Below, piece after piece: positions 1 through 14,031 of a DNA stretch of 64,000 bases (the stretch's first letter is position 1; every line of letters begins with the position of its first letter). The DNA comes from Eledone cirrhosa. Its lineage: Eukaryota. The translations under genes and the position numbers were made by a program. The stretch lies in assembly GCA_964016885.1 (NCBI GenBank), contig OZ024755.1, forward strand, positions 22,506,001 through 22,570,000, written 5' to 3'. The notes under the pieces are model-generated. The model had not been told where the DNA came from. It ran no database searches and saw only the letters and a list, made by a program, of their open reading frames with translations.

Positions 1-201
1 CTGTGTGTTCCTGCCTGTGTGTGTGTATATATATATATATGTGTGTGTGTCTGTGTGTGCAATAGTCTATGTATGTTTGGGGAATTAGTCAAAATCCATA
101 TTTCTAGAAATAGGAGACTAAACATTTCCCCAACATCTCATATAATGAATGTTAAATAACTGGTTATTTGTAATTGTGTTGTAATTTTCTCCCTCCCTCA
201 G

Positions 202-269
202 GTTCATTAGATAATGTTGACTTAACCAACATTGATATATTTCACTCTTCATAAGCATTTAAACAGTCG
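202..269 (+). other. candidate short non-coding/UTR exon
   Basis: Polypyrimidine acceptor (ttttctccctccctcag|) and a possible donor (cg|gttggt); all three frames hit stops, so not an internal coding exon. Confidence 0.2.
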
Positions 270-288
270 GTTGGTAGAGAGAGTTGAG

Positions 289-410
289 CAGGGGTTCCTA
301 ACTTGGGGGGGGGGGGGTAAATCTTGCCTACCCAGCTACCCAAAGAATAAACTTTGTCTACCCAGGGAGTAAATTTTATCTACCCAGGGGCTGAATTTGT
401 TGATTCTGGA
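289..410. mobile_element. hAT-like DNA transposon/MITE terminus remnant
   Basis: Starts CAGGGGTTCCTAAC, resembling hAT TIRs, followed by repeated subterminal ctacccag motifs. Confidence 0.35.
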
Positions 411-608
411 TTTGTACATATTTTTTTTTTTAATTACAATTTTTTTCTAAATATACACACCCACAAAGCTAACACTAAACCCAAGTCAAATGTGAAATGT
501 AGGCCCTATTTTAAGCTCCTTATTCATTAAGTATTTCATTAATCAGTGTAAAATACATAGAATTAACAGAACAGAATATTAGGACTAGTACTTGAGACGT
601 GTAGTTAC

Positions 609-703
609 CCACCTCCTTCTACTGACCCACTCGTCTCCCAGCCCACTTTCTGATCACACACCTCCTCCTACTGACCCACTCGTCTCCCAGCCCACCTTCT
701 GAT
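609..703. repeat. ~50 bp direct tandem duplication (2 copies)
   Basis: cacctcc(t)tctactgacccactcgtctcccagcccac occurs twice. Confidence 0.85.
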
Positions 704-1812
704 ATGGCCTCTGTGTCACACAGTGACTTCACCATTCACTCCCTCTAGCATTCTCAGTTAGAATTTATTTTATTTTCAATTAGACTGTTAATACCTTTCA
801 ATCTGTCATTAGGTCCCACTGCTTGTATGGATTCCCTTGATGCTCTGTCTCCATCCAATTCTATTGTTCATCATATTCGGCAGGTCAGAGGGATTGTAGT
901 TTATGTCATCACAAATCTGCCTGATATAGGTCTTGGTTTGTCACACTTTGATAGATCTTTCTTGTGTATGCTCCCACAAAAGTATGTCACTAACAATTTC
1001 ATCTTTAGCTCTCCAGCAATGCCCTGCCACTCTAACTCTATTCTTTGATGAGGTCTGATACTGGACGAAGGTTCCCATACAATCACTCACTAGTCAGATA
1101 ATCTCTCCAAGTAACATTCAAAGCCATTCTTAGTATGCCAGTGGAAGCTCTATCTAATCTTCTTTAAAGAAAGACATGAACATCATAGTTTCCCATTCCT
1201 GTTGAAATATAATTCTTGGTTTTCTGCCCTATATAAGGAAACATTCATTATTAATATTTTATTTCTTGTATCAAACTCAATTGGGCAGTGGTAAGCTCTT
1301 GCAAATTAATTGGTTACTATATTGAAGAGAACAGAATAACATCAAAATATGTCTGGAGTGGCCTCCCATATTTGCTGGGACAATGAAAATATTACTAACT
1401 ATTGACTTTTCTCAGGGGGTTTTCTCACCACATACGTATTTTGTATTTAGTTATTTAATGCTCTATGTATAGACTGCTAAACCTCCAAAGAACAGCAGGA
1501 ATAGACAAACACTGAATCAAGTATATATAAAATAATCATTTATGAACTTTAGTTACCTTGTTAGGTAATTCTCTGAACGTAGATAAAGAAAACACCATAT
1601 AATTAACTCCAGTACATAAGGCAGGGGATTGGTATTAAAAAAACAATATTTGTGTACAAGTATAATTGTTTAAGTGAGAGGTTAGATTCATCTTCATTGA
1701 ATGTGCAAATTAGTTTATCGTAATATTTCTCTTCACTAAAATATAAACTCTGGTAATAGAAGAAGCTATTTTTTCCCTTCTTCCAGCCAAATATAAACAA
1801 ATATAATTCAAA

Positions 1813-2556
1813 CATATATTTATCAAAATTACCTCAGCACTAATTCCTGCACTAAACAAATTATATTCTACATATATTTATCAAAATTACCTCAGCATTA
1901 ATCTCTGCACTAAACAAGTTATATTGTATATATATTTATCAAAATTACCTCAGCACTAATTCCTGCACTAAACAAATTATATTCTACATATATTTATCAA
2001 AATTACCTCAGCATTAATCTCTGCACTAAACAAGTTATATTGTATATATATTTATCAAAATTACCTCAGCATTAATCTCTGCACTAAACAAGTTATATTG
2101 TATATATATTTATCAAAATTACCTCAGCATTAATCTCTGCACTAAACAAATTATATTCTACATATATTTATCAAAATTACCTCAGCATTAATCTCTGCAC
2201 TAAACAAGTTATATTGTATATATATTTATCAAAATTACCTCAGCACTAATTCCTGCACTAAACAAATTATATTCTACATATATTTATCAAAATTACCTCA
2301 GCATTAATCTCTGCACTAAACAAGTTATATTGTATATATATTTATCAAAATTACCTCAGCATTAATCTCTGCACTAAACAAGTTATATTGTATATATATT
2401 TATCAAAATTACCTCAGCATTAATCTCTGCACTAAACAAATTATATTCTACATATATTTATCAAAATTACCTCAGCATTAATCTCTGCACTAAACAAATT
2501 ATATTCTACATATATTTATCAAAATTACCTCAGCATTAATTCTGGCAACTAAACAA
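1813..2556. repeat. 58 bp minisatellite, ~13 copies
   Basis: Unit catatatttatcaaaattacctcagcattaatctctgcactaaacaaattatattcta with 2-3 interspersed variants. Confidence 0.95.
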
Positions 2557-2957
2557 GTTTTATGTTGAACCTGAACCTGCCAACTAACTTCAATAAATCC
2601 CTAAGAATTAAGGTTATCAGGTAAAAGTCTGTATTTATAAAGTTTGTTTCTCAACCATAAAATACCATTGCGTAATATTGCACCAATCAGTCCATCATGT
2701 CTGCAGTCAATGGAGCTCTCAATTAAATAACAGAAAGGAATACAGAAGTATTCCACATGCCTCTACTTCCACACTCCCCTCCCTTTACTGTCACACTCTA
2801 CTCCCTCTGCTGCTCCACTCCACCCCCTCTACTGCTCCACTCTACTCCCCCTACTTCCACACTCCACTCCCTCTGCTGCTGCTACACTCCACATCTTGGT
2901 TGTTATAATCACAAGATTTCAACCATTGTATTTCTGACCAGGTTCCTATTCTCAGTA

Positions 2958-3118
2958 ATTGTTTCTACTTTAGGCACAAGGCCAGCAATTACCCAGTGTA
3001 TTACTGGTACTTTATTTTATCGACCCCGTAAGGATTTGAACTCAGAATGGCAAAGGCCGTAACTCTATGCACCAAAGCATGGCATCTGACACTCTACCAA
3101 TACTGCCAATCCACCGCC
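2958..3118 (-). mobile_element. tRNA-derived Meta-type SINE (internally deleted)
   Basis: Reverse complement of the family consensus (ggcggtggattggcag...gagttcaaatcc...gtagaaacaat); ctcagtaat target-site duplication (TSD). Confidence 0.85.
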
Positions 3119-3261
3119 TATACTCAGTAATGTTATTGGATCAAACCCTTTATTCAAACCATGGGTGTAGATTATTCTCATTCCATTGTCCATATCCTAG
3201 ATATCCTTGTTTTGGTTAGTTAGATGCAAGGATATCCTAAGCTCTTGAAATAGGAATACAA

Positions 3262-3315
3262 AAGGCACCCCTGAAGAAAACCAGAGAATGCAGAAGCTGA
3301 AACAATGTGATTATA
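3262..3315 (+). ncRNA. degenerate hammerhead-like core (old Penelope-like remnant)
   Basis: CTGAAGA at 3271 and GAAACAATGTG at 3299; stem II poorly paired. Confidence 0.3.
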
Positions 3316-3361
3316 GGAACCAAAATGAGGAATCTAGACTTGAATATATCAGTTTACAATA

Positions 3362-3570
3362 ATGGTTTTTCATTTAGCCACAAGGCCAACAATTTTGGGG
3401 AAGAGTAAAGTCAATTAAATCAACCCCAGTCCATTACTGGTACTTTATTTTATCGATTCCGCAAGGCTGAAAGCCAAAGCTAACCTCTGCAGGATTTGAA
3501 CACAGAATCTAAAGGGACATAACTCTAGGCTGCAAAGCATATTGTCTGCCGCTCTACCAATTGCTGGCAG
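3362..3570 (-). mobile_element. tRNA-derived Meta-type SINE, long-tail variant
   Basis: Same head and central domain as other copies, with an extra ggggaagag...aaatcaacccc tail segment. Confidence 0.8.
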
Positions 3571-4825
3571 TTTATTATAATAATAATTTCTCGCCTCAGT
3601 GTTTGAAAATTGGTGTTATTTCAGATATTTTCATTGGTTGGACACAGCTTCATTCAGTGAGTTAATTGTAATCCCTGGTTCTGATATTTCCTACCTTATG
3701 CTGTCTTGAAATGTATTTTTGCTCTTTTAAACATGTTCAAGCCGAATGGCTGAGGCCATGCTGGGGCACCACCATTCCTTAAGATAGCCATTAAAGTAGG
3801 ATATAAAATAAGCTGCTTGAATAATCATAAAAGACAGATGTTTTCTAGCACCCACACATACAGATATTTGTGATGCCTATAATTAATTCTGGATTTGTGG
3901 GTTTTAAGATGGGTTGGAAGATAAATCTTTCCCCTGCAGAGGATTCTGGTCTGTGGCAGTGAACATTCCTGAAAAGTTCCATCTTTTCTTGACAGTTAAA
4001 TGAATGGAAAACCATAGAATTCTTCAATCTGCCCAGAGATACACGAAAATATCCAACAGGTATATTTAAATTCACAAGATACTTGTTGAAAGTCCAATAT
4101 CTTTTCTAGCCATCACTTTTACCTCGTTTTCAATATTTTATGGTCATATTAATTTATTCATTGGATCAACAGTCTATGATATATTTAACAAATCTATCTT
4201 TATATATTTAACAAATCTATAATAAGTGTATTTAATATCGAATATCTCTCAAATAATCCAGTTATATTTTATTAGGAATTTCTGGATAATTTGATAACCT
4301 TATAATTAGAATATGCATGTGGCCCTTGATGTTGGAAAATACAGTTTTAAATAGTCAGAAATAGGTTTATTGGACACTATTGTGATAGTTTGATATATTC
4401 ATCTTCCACTGCAGCAAAATGTCAAAATAAATATTAAATCAAACCACAATTAATTGTTAATATAGTTATCTCCATAATAGTTCATGTACACACATGCAAG
4501 TACATACATACATTCACACACACACACACACACAAGTACACATACACACACACTCAAAATCCTACTGATTGAATTATTAGACAAGTCTTCTTCATCTGAG
4601 GCAATAATATAGTTATTTTAATTGATCTTTACATCAATATATTATTTATAAAATATTATTTCTAATATGTATTAGTTAATAAAGATAATTTAACTCAAGG
4701 ATTACAATAAACTTTAGTTAAATACTAGTTTATCAATATTTATATTATTGATTAACTCTGATACAAGAAACTATAGTTAAATACCAGTTTATCAAAGGAA
4801 GTATGTTAGGAATTCAGTGAGCAAT

Positions 4826-5285
4826 GTTTAGGATTGAAATAGAAATAAAAGCTTCCCTGTAATATTTCTTTTACTATAATATAGTCTAATAATTGTTTCT
4901 ACTTTTGGCACAAGGCCAGCAATTACCCAGTGTATAATATAGTCTAATAATGGGGCATATAAACCTGACAAATGGAAAGTGTGCTGATACCCATCTTTTT
5001 TCCATTCAGCGAGTTGATATGCCCCATTATTAAACTATATTATAGTTAAAAACGGTGGATTGGCAGAATCGGTAGAGGGTCGGACGCCATGCTTTGCAGC
5101 ACAGTTACGTCCCTTTACGGACTGAGTTCAAATCGCGCCGAGGTTCACTTTGCCTTTCATCCTTACGGGGTCGATAAAATAAAGTACCAGTAATACACTG
5201 GGATAATTGCTGGCCTAGTGCCAGAAAGTAGAAACAATTATAGTTAAAAACATATTACTGTGAAGCTTCTATTTCAATTTTAAAC
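4826..5285. repeat. inverted repeat (fold-back) interrupted by a SINE in each arm
   Basis: tataatatagtctaataatggggcatat pairs with atatgccccattattaaactatattata; outer ttgaaatagaa..agcttc pairs with gaagcttctatttcaa. Confidence 0.7.
5053..5238 (+). mobile_element. tRNA-derived Meta-type SINE, full length
   Basis: A-box (tggcagaatcgg), B-box (gagttcaaatc), central gcctttcatccttacggggtcgataaaataaagtacca domain; TSD ttatagttaaaaac. Confidence 0.9.
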
Positions 5286-6475
5286 TAGTTTATTAATTTT
5301 TATATTATGGATTAATTGGGATACAATAAACTATAGTTAAATACTAGTTTATCAATATCTATATTATTGATTAATCGGGATACAATTTGTAATTCATCTA
5401 CAGTATTCATTTGAAGCCATTTTCAAGCTCTGTAGACATTGATTGTCACATCTGAAGAGAAGAAAAACTTAGAAAACAAAGTAAAGGAATTATAAGTCAT
5501 TGCTTCACTTTGTTGAGGCTCTGTGTTGTTGATGTAACTGCTAGAGATAACAGCTAAATATCCTTACCAAGAAGGACACTCTAAACAATGTAGTATTAGA
5601 TAGACAAAAACACCCCAGAGGTGGAGTGCTTTTGATGTAGGTCCCCTCCGGGGCTGAGCTAGAGTTAAAGAATGTCAATAAAGATTTGATCCAAATTACA
5701 AAAGTAAACAGCTTTATATGATTAACTTTTGCAAATTTCATTTGTTGGAAAGATGCAACTTCAATCAGAAGAATTAATGTTTAATTAGCTTGAATGTTTG
5801 ATCTAAATATATTAAGAATATATGATGTTCATAATGGAAGCTGGCAGATGAAAATAGTAGAATATTTTAAATTTAACATTCTCAAAGAATGTAATTGAAG
5901 ATTTAACAGCTGACTCTATGCAGATATTCAAAAGAAAAGGAAGGAAAACTGTTATTTATTAACTGGCTTTTCTCATTTGCATTTCTGTGATGTCTATATT
6001 TCAAGAAGTTGTGACCGGTAGATAGTATCAGTAATAGAAAGACTAATGGAAACATTGTTTCTTTGGTCTGATTTGACAAATTCCACCACACTGGAAAGTG
6101 AATGAGGTCTGGGATCTTGTCAAACATCATCGCATATTCATTATTTCTGTGATACCCAATATTTCAAGCTTGATTCATCAATTCATTTTTCAAGGTTAAT
6201 ATTAATTTATGGCAAATATCACAGTTTATTCCTTTTAATTATTTTTATTTTTAAATATATTCTATATATGGAAACATTATTAGTGTTGGTTACAGCATAG
6301 TAGAATCATTTTGGCCATTTAGAATACACAGGCGATTTGATAGTTGTAAGAGTGTTGGATGGAAGGTTTTGTGCTATTTGTTTATTTCTATGGATGGCTA
6401 TACTTTTAGGTACAAATTACTATTGGATAGGATAAGATTTGTCCCAGTTTGACTACTGTGTAAAGTAAGGAAAAT

Positions 6476-6575
6476 AATTGTTTCTACTTTTGGCACAAGG
6501 CCAGCAATTACCCAGTACATTACTGGTACTTTATTTTATCGACCCCGTAAGGATGAAAGGCAAAGTTAACCTAGG
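6476..6575 (-). mobile_element. 5'-truncated Meta-type SINE
   Basis: 3' half of consensus; TSD taaagtaaggaaaataat. Confidence 0.85.
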
Positions 6576-6634
6576 TAAAGTAAGGAAAATAATACCAAAT
6601 AATTCTTTAAGTATAAAAGCAGTTCTACCATGAG

Positions 6635-6883
6635 GTGGACCATGTCTTGCTCATACAGAACTAGCTTGGTTTCTACAGCTGGATGCCCTTCCTGACGCCA
6701 ACCTTATTTACAGTGAGTACTGGGTGCTTTTTGTCGTGTTGCCTACATGATCACTTTATAGAGTGGGCTGGGTAATTTTTGTTGTGACACCTACACGATC
6801 ACTTTACAGTGGGGGGGGGGGGCATACTGTGTATGTGCTTCAGCTTCGGCCTGTGCCTGTGAGAAGTCGGGTATTCTGTATTA
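6635..6883 (-). mobile_element. RTE-family 3'UTR fragment
   Basis: Homologous to 24702-25110 and 54472-57937 (ttctacagctggatgcccttcct, tttacagtg repeats). Confidence 0.7.
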
Positions 6884-8314
6884 ATATATACAGCTATATT
6901 ATTTCTAAATATAGTTTCTATCTGTTGCACTATTTATAAATCTGGTGCATTATTAGTATATACAGCTATATTATTTCTAAATATAGTTTCTATCTGTTTC
7001 ACTATTTATAAATACAATTTGTCACATTTTCAATAAACACAATATACAGTCACATAAACATATATTTGTTTTAGCAAACAAAGTTAAACATTATAATGTC
7101 CAGCTCACCTATAGAAAATTACTCAGTCATAAACTCATATTGAAAGAAGTTTTAATATGTATCGTTACAACTGTTAAACGATTACTTATATGCAACAGGT
7201 GTGATCTATTGAATGATAGATACAAATTGTAGAAACATAAAATCAAGCCATGCTTTGCAATGAAACTTACTTGTTTTTTTCACAGATATGGAATATGATG
7301 ATTTTTTTATCATAGGTTTATATTTGAGGAAAAACAAGAGGAAGTGAGGATCAAGAAACTGACTCGCAGTCAAGTCACTTTACATTTGGAATATAATGAA
7401 TATTAATGCATTCCTTGTGGAATATGTCAAATCTAATGTAGATAGGGGTGGGGTATAAAAATTATTAATGTAACACAAAAACAGTTATTGAAAAGAGAAA
7501 TTTAAATGAATCAATTTTAATATAAAATATTCTTGACCTACGAAATAATTAATCCTTTGTGTCATTTAGGACAGCCTTTTGATAGTAGAATTCTTAATGA
7601 AAGATATATCAGGGAGGTGGTGGGTATCTACACATGTATCAGAGAACTTACCTGGCTCTATTGTTTAGTTTAAAACCTTTCATGAACAACAGATGTTGCT
7701 GGCATTAATTCATGCAACACAGCTTTATAATTTCCCTTCGAGACCAGTCAGCAATTAGAAATTATATTTCATCAAATAATATAGCATACATAATCAATAG
7801 GTAAATATGGTTGGAGGAGTATGCTTTCCTGAACAAAGATTTCTTTTGGACTTGTTTTACTTCTATTCAGCTCTTGTTGAAAGTTATTTTTCAGGCCATT
7901 TTTATTGATTTATTATTTCTTAATTCACCTGTGACAGACTCGCTCTAGACATTCATTAGTGCTAAGCATACATTCTTTATTTATTTGTTTTCTATTTATC
8001 AACCACTTTTACCAGTAAATGTTGTTGTAATGTTTAGCTTATTCCTGTTTTTCAAGGCATCAAACAATTAAATGACATGTCTATATGTCTACACTTAAAT
8101 AACAATATCGGTTTATTACAATTTTTGCACTTAGAAACATATAAGATTTGCACTTAAAGCTAATAAAACACACATCATTATTAACCGGTGGAGTTGCACT
8201 TGATGCTTACAGTAGTGGTTTGTACATTTGCATGGTACATGTTTACAGCCAGATAGCTTGAGTCATTGGGAGTTGTCTTTGCAATGGCAAACAATGTCAT
8301 TGATGCTATATCTG

Positions 8315-8480
8315 CCTATATATTAGACGAGGCTCTTCCCCTATATATTAGACGAGGCTCTTCCCCTATATATTAGACGAGGCTCTTCCCCTATATATTA
8401 GACGAGGCTCTTCCCCTATATATTAGACGAGGCTTTTCCCCTATATATTAGACTAGGCTTTCTTCCTATTTATTAGACTA
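8315..8480. repeat. 26 bp minisatellite, ~6 copies
   Basis: Unit cctatatattagacgaggctcttccc. Confidence 0.9.
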
Positions 8481-10019
8481 GTTGCAACTCTCATTGAAAC
8501 TGTGAATAAGTGAATTTATGTATTTCATTGTTATGGAAAAAAACTACAGCAATCTATTTAGATTAATTTTGTCTAATAGTGGGAAAGGTAGGCTCACATA
8601 ATTATAGAGATTTTGCTAAAGCAATGCAACTATAAGATGGTGTTATATTAATGCAGCTGAAATTGTTGATTGCTTTGTAATCTTTTTTAGTTTTTTTAGG
8701 GGGTGTTGGTTCTGTTTTGCTTTTTGTTTCAAAACGCTTTAGGTTAACAGTTGGAGAAATGCATTTTCGAAAGCAATGTGTGTTGAATGAAGAAAAAATT
8801 GTATGAAAAAATGACAGGGCCTCAGGAAAACATTAAATTAGAAGTGGAAAAGGAAAGAGGGAGAAGTAGTGATAGGAATAAGTCATCCAATACTATAAAT
8901 GTTATTTATTCTAATATTGGTTGAAGAATCAAAGGAAAGAAATCATATGTATAGACGAAAAACTGAATAAGGATATTGCAATTAAACAGATAATACTTCT
9001 GTTGTTGTTGTTTAGCTCCAGGTCAGCTCTGATCAAGCAGACCTATCATCAAAGTATTCCTGCCATAAACACTTCATCAGATCTTCACAATTTTTATTCA
9101 GGATTACCTTATTCAATATATCCTTCCTTTTCTAAGATGTTAAGATACAGTTTCAGTAGAAGTTAATTGTTATTTCTAGCATGTCAACAACCACATGCAA
9201 GCCCCTCTCAGTACTTCAGTTTTGTGTGGTGGAGAGAAATATGGTTGAAGACACCAATAACTAAACATTTCATCTTCCTGATCTAATTCATAAGTCCCAG
9301 TGATATACTGGAGTTGGGGTGATTTCAATAATCTCCATCATTTTCAAAGGATTCTGTAGTCTTTGGCATTGAATGAAGTTTGGATTTGTAGATAGTCAGA
9401 AGCAACTTCCAGGTTAAGTACTTATCCCTGATGATTCTTTACGATTAAATGGTTTCTTGATGAGGTTTACTTGTTTGATGGTCTGATGCCCATTGAACAG
9501 TATAAATACACTCTGCCCAGTTGGCAGGAAATTCATGCATATAGAGTGAATGAGAGGGAATGAGTATGGATATGTTGGAAATTTATTTGTAAACAAAAAT
9601 TTACTAGAGACAAGAAACCTAACTTTAGTAGATTCCTAAATTGATAGGAAAATAATAGTTCTAGCAATGAGTAATGGGCACAGTTTTAGTTATATTTCAT
9701 AAACATAATTTACTTCATGGTTTCCACTTTTCTTTCTTTCTTCCAAAGAATTCTAGTGACAGAAACTGTTTGGGCACAAGATAAAAAGTCACCTGTTGAG
9801 TTTTCTTTACAAAAGACAAGTTGGTGGCTCCTTTTAAGGTAGAGAAACAAGAAGTTATAATGTCATTATCAGTGACACAACACCAATGATGAGATAAGAG
9901 CTGTCAACTTTTTAACTGGTAGATTCACACCCCCAATTGATTCAGCCAGCTGTGACTCTCTGCAGATCAAAAGAATCACTAATCTTTTAATAATTGTACA
10001 TTTCATTATTAACCTTTCA

Positions 10020-10390
10020 AGTTAACTTTTCCTTTCATCCTTCCGGGGTCGATAAAATAAAGTACCAGTAATGCACTGGGTAATTGCTGGCCTTGTGCCG
10101 AAAGTAGAAACAATTATTAACCTTTCAAATATAATAATTATATTACAACAACAGCCCTTTTTTATGTTGTGTCACATGCCCTAATAGTTCATACAATATA
10201 ATTGTTTCTACGTTTGGCACAAGGCCAGCAATTACCCAGTGCATTACTGGTACTTTATTTTATCGATCCCGTAAGGATGAAAGGCAAAGTTAGCCTCGGC
10301 GGGATTTGAACTCAGAATAGCAAAGGCTGTAACTCTATGCGTCAAAGCATGGCGTCCGACCCTCTACCGATACTGCCAATCTCCCTCCTT
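10020..10390. mobile_element. two Meta-type SINEs in convergent orientation (10020-10114 +, 10201-10390 -)
   Basis: Consensus matches; TSDs ttattaacctttcaa and atacaatataat. Confidence 0.85.
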
Positions 10391-10974
10391 ATACAATATA
10401 ATGGAATGTGAATAGCCGTAGTGTATAGCATCAGTATTTTACACTCTTTTTCCCTGCTAGCAAGGGTTGGATAGGTCATCACCGACCGAGTCAGTACTTA
10501 CAGTTAGACAGGTAATCACTGACCAAATCAGTACTTAATTAGAGCCACTACTCTCACACTTTACAGACCACACTATGTATTTTATCATGGTACCAACACT
10601 AAGGAGATCATCATGTCTTTGGCACACTTGATGAGTTCTCTCTATTCTTTGTTTGGCAAATTTTCTGCTGCTGGCTGCTCTTCCTATCACCAACCACCTT
10701 ACAGAATTTACTAGGCACATTCCCTGTAACACCAGCACTAGAGGTGGTGTTGTGTCTTAACTGAAGGGTCCACTCAACCCTTTTTGGCATGCTTTCTATG
10801 GCTGGAAGCCCTACATAATATATTCTCTTAGAGAGATGGATGCTGTTGTATTTAAAGTTAAATAAAATACACCATATGTCTGATTGTTTATAAAATAGCT
10901 CTGCCTGTGACTCTTTAACAGTTTGTAACTCTGAGAATTATTGTAAATATTTAGACAAACATTAGCTTATAGTC

Positions 10975-11245
10975 ACAGGTGTTGCTGTGAGGTTAAGGGA
11001 TTTGCTTTGTAACCATGTTGTTTCAGGTCCAGTCTTACAGTGCAGCGTTTTGAACCAGTGTTTTCTACTACAGCCTCATGGCGCCTTGTGCCAGTGTCTT
11101 CTACTATAGCATCATGGCACCTTGTGCCAGTGTCTTCTACTATAGCATCATGGCACCTTGTGCCAGTGTCTTCTACTATAGCATCATGTTGACTAATGTG
11201 TTATCAGTAAGTTTTTGTAGATGGAAACTGTGTAGAAGCCAGACA
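10975..11245 (+). mobile_element. tRNA-derived OR-like (CORE-type) SINE with internal 39 bp x3 expansion
   Basis: tRNA-like head, then tgtcttctactatagc; homologous copies at 33895-34012 (-), 34580-34920 (+), 35172-35320 (-). Confidence 0.65.
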
Positions 11246-11594
11246 TATATATATATGTGTGTGTGTGTGTATGTTGGGTGGGGCGTCTCATGTATAAGTA
11301 CTGGGGTTTGATATGATTGACTAAATCCTGCCACCAAGGTGGTGCCCCAGCATGGCCACAGTCTAACGATTGAAACAAATAAAACAATATAAAATAAGCA
11401 AATTCATACAATTTTTTCTGAAATACAAAAACAATAAAATATCAGTTTTGTTCATAAACCTAAAGTATCTTATTTACAGAGATAGAGAAATGGGAAGTTG
11501 TGTTATTCGAGCCTTTCCAAGAGGCATCAGTGACATTTAGCTTTGAATTTCTAATAGTCTCTGCCTGTATAGCTGGAATGGACAGATAGAACAC

Positions 11595-11806
11595 TAGTGC
11601 TGGACTTACCTGCAAGCTAAATAAGCAATAACTTAGGACCACACACCTTTGGGGACCTCAGTGTAGCCAGTGCTGGAGTGACCTGGAAGCTAAATAAGCA
11701 ATAACTTAGGACCACACACCTTTGGGGACCTCAGTGTAGCCAGTGCTGGACTTACCTGTAAGCTAAATAAGCAATAACTTAGGACCACACACCTTTGGGG
11801 TCCTCA
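11595..11806. repeat. ~73 bp tandem repeat, ~3 copies
   Basis: agtgctggacttacctg..aagctaaataagcaataacttaggaccacacacctttgggg occurs three times. Confidence 0.9.
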
Positions 11807-12451
11807 TTTTTGAAAATATATTTTTATTTTATCATTGGTAAATGGAATAAATCAATTAATTAGTTTAAAAGAACATTTTGTAACTAATTTGATTTTGTAA
11901 TCATTAAGAAATAATAATCATGTAAAATTATTTTAACGATTTTGTTACCCAAACCTTATTAGAGATGGGCCTTAAATTTCATATTGCTTAGGGCCTCGGG
12001 AGGTGAAAGTCCAGCTCTGTACAGCATAGAGTTTTAGCTGTGAATTGGTACCTTGGATGGACAGGTACATCATACAGTTTTAAGCAGTATGGAGAAGGTG
12101 TTGTATAATTTAAGCAATGAAAAGAAGACACTGTATAATTCCATTGGCTTGCAGGGAGGATGGTTGTGATGAAATCCTCTGGATAGTTAGGTTTCTATAT
12201 CTGTGGTAAGCTAGCATTATCTCTAGAAAAAAATGCCATAAAAAAAAAAAAAAAAAAAAAACTGGGAATAAGTTTTCTATCAGTCTGCAACAATTTCCAG
12301 TCATGATAGAAGTTAAAACAAAACAAAACCATACAATATATAAAAGGATATATAGAAATCCTTATCAATACAAAAGAAAGAATAAGACTACGTATACCCA
12401 AGCTTATGAATTGAAAGCATCTAAAAGATATAAAGTTCATTGATTCTCATT

Positions 12452-12561
<110 letters not shown>

Positions 12562-12894
12562 CATATTAAACTGCTGTGTTTGGCTAAAGGGTGGTTGTGT
12601 TGTTTGTGTTATTTTAGGTAATAGATACAGAGAGTAGAGGGCGATCCAAACAATTTGATAAGGAAAGACTTCTTCCAGCTCGAAAACAGACAAGCATATC
12701 ACTGAGAACTGGTGGAAATTAGATTTACTATAGGCTTTATAGTAGAAAAGTGGCTTATCAGTGAGCTGGAGTTGGATAGGAAGAGGCTTTACCCATACAA
12801 ACAAAGTTATGATGTACTGTTCCATGCTAGCGTGAAAAAATGGACGTTAAACGATGATGATGATGATTATATATATATGTATGTATGTACAGTT

Positions 12895-13298
12895 ATGTTG
12901 GTCCCACAACATCCAGGCCGAAACAAATGAGATCGTGTAGGTGTCACGACAAAAAAACACACAGTCCACGCTGTAAATGTGGCCGTGTAGGCAACACGGT
13001 AAAAACCTCCCAGCCCCACACTGTAAATGTGGTTGGTGTTAGGAAGGGCATCCAGCTGTAGAAAACCCGCCAGACAGTCCACGCTGTAATGTGGCCGTGT
13101 AGGCAACACAGTAAAAACCTCCCAGCCCCACACTGTAAATGTGGTTGGTGTTAGGAAGGGCATCCAACTGTAGAAAACCCGCCAGACAGTCCTATGCGAG
13201 CAAGACAACCACTCTTGCCTCAAGTGGGAAAACCCCCGTCCAAACCCATGCAAGCGTGGAACACGGACGCTAAACCTGATGATGATGATGATGATGAT
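12895..13298 (+). mobile_element. RTE-tailed non-autonomous retroelement with an internal ~118 bp duplication
   Basis: ggaagggcatccagctgtagaaa motif twice; ends aacccatgcaagcgtggaacacggacg...(gat)n; close reverse copy at 53910-54215. Confidence 0.75.
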
Positions 13299-13553
13299 GT
13301 GTGTGTGTGTGTGAGATAAGGCAGTATAAAAAAGTAGACACATATAGATACATACATACTCACACAGGTATAAACTTGTAACAACACACACACACAATTA
13401 TGTAAATATATGCTAATTAGCCATACATGTACCAGTAATATAATATGCAGTATAGTAGTTGTCTTGTTTGTCTTGTATCTAGAATAATCAGGATCAGACT
13501 TTTGAATATGCATAAATTCACTCATACACACATACATATATATACACACACAC

Positions 13554-13586
<33 letters not shown>

Positions 13587-13691
13587 TACATATATACACA
13601 CACACATATATACACACACACATATATATATATATACACACACACACATATATATATATATACACACACATATACACACACACACACACAC

Positions 13692-13727
<36 letters not shown>

Positions 13728-14031
13728 GCATACATACATATATACCCACACATACACACACAGAGTAGTATGGTCCTTTTGTGTATGTGCTAAGCATGGT
13801 TCAACAAGCTGCACTGTTGAACCGAACTCATATGACCACATGAACACATACACACACACATATAAAATAAAGTATCTGTAATACACTGGGGTAAATTTAA
13901 TTGACTTTCCCCTCTCCCAAACTTGTAGGTCTTGTGCCCAAATCAGAAACCAACATATAGATTTGCTCTATCAAAGCTGAAACTGGAGTTAAACAACAAG
14001 TTTACAAATATTATTGATTTTATGATCTGAT

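Noticed and set aside
740-1560. Highly decayed LINE endonuclease/RT-like sequence (similar hints at 9.2-9.6 and 29.9-30.3 kb)
   Set aside because: Only faint motif resemblance with many stops; it needs a translated search to support.
5053-5130. SINE heads as tRNA genes
   Set aside because: A/B boxes are present but there is no complete cloverleaf, and each head is fused to a SINE body, often with TSDs.
7286-7450. Exon candidate after ttttttcacag with an early ATG
   Set aside because: The frame stops after about 19 codons, with no recognisable product or clear donor.
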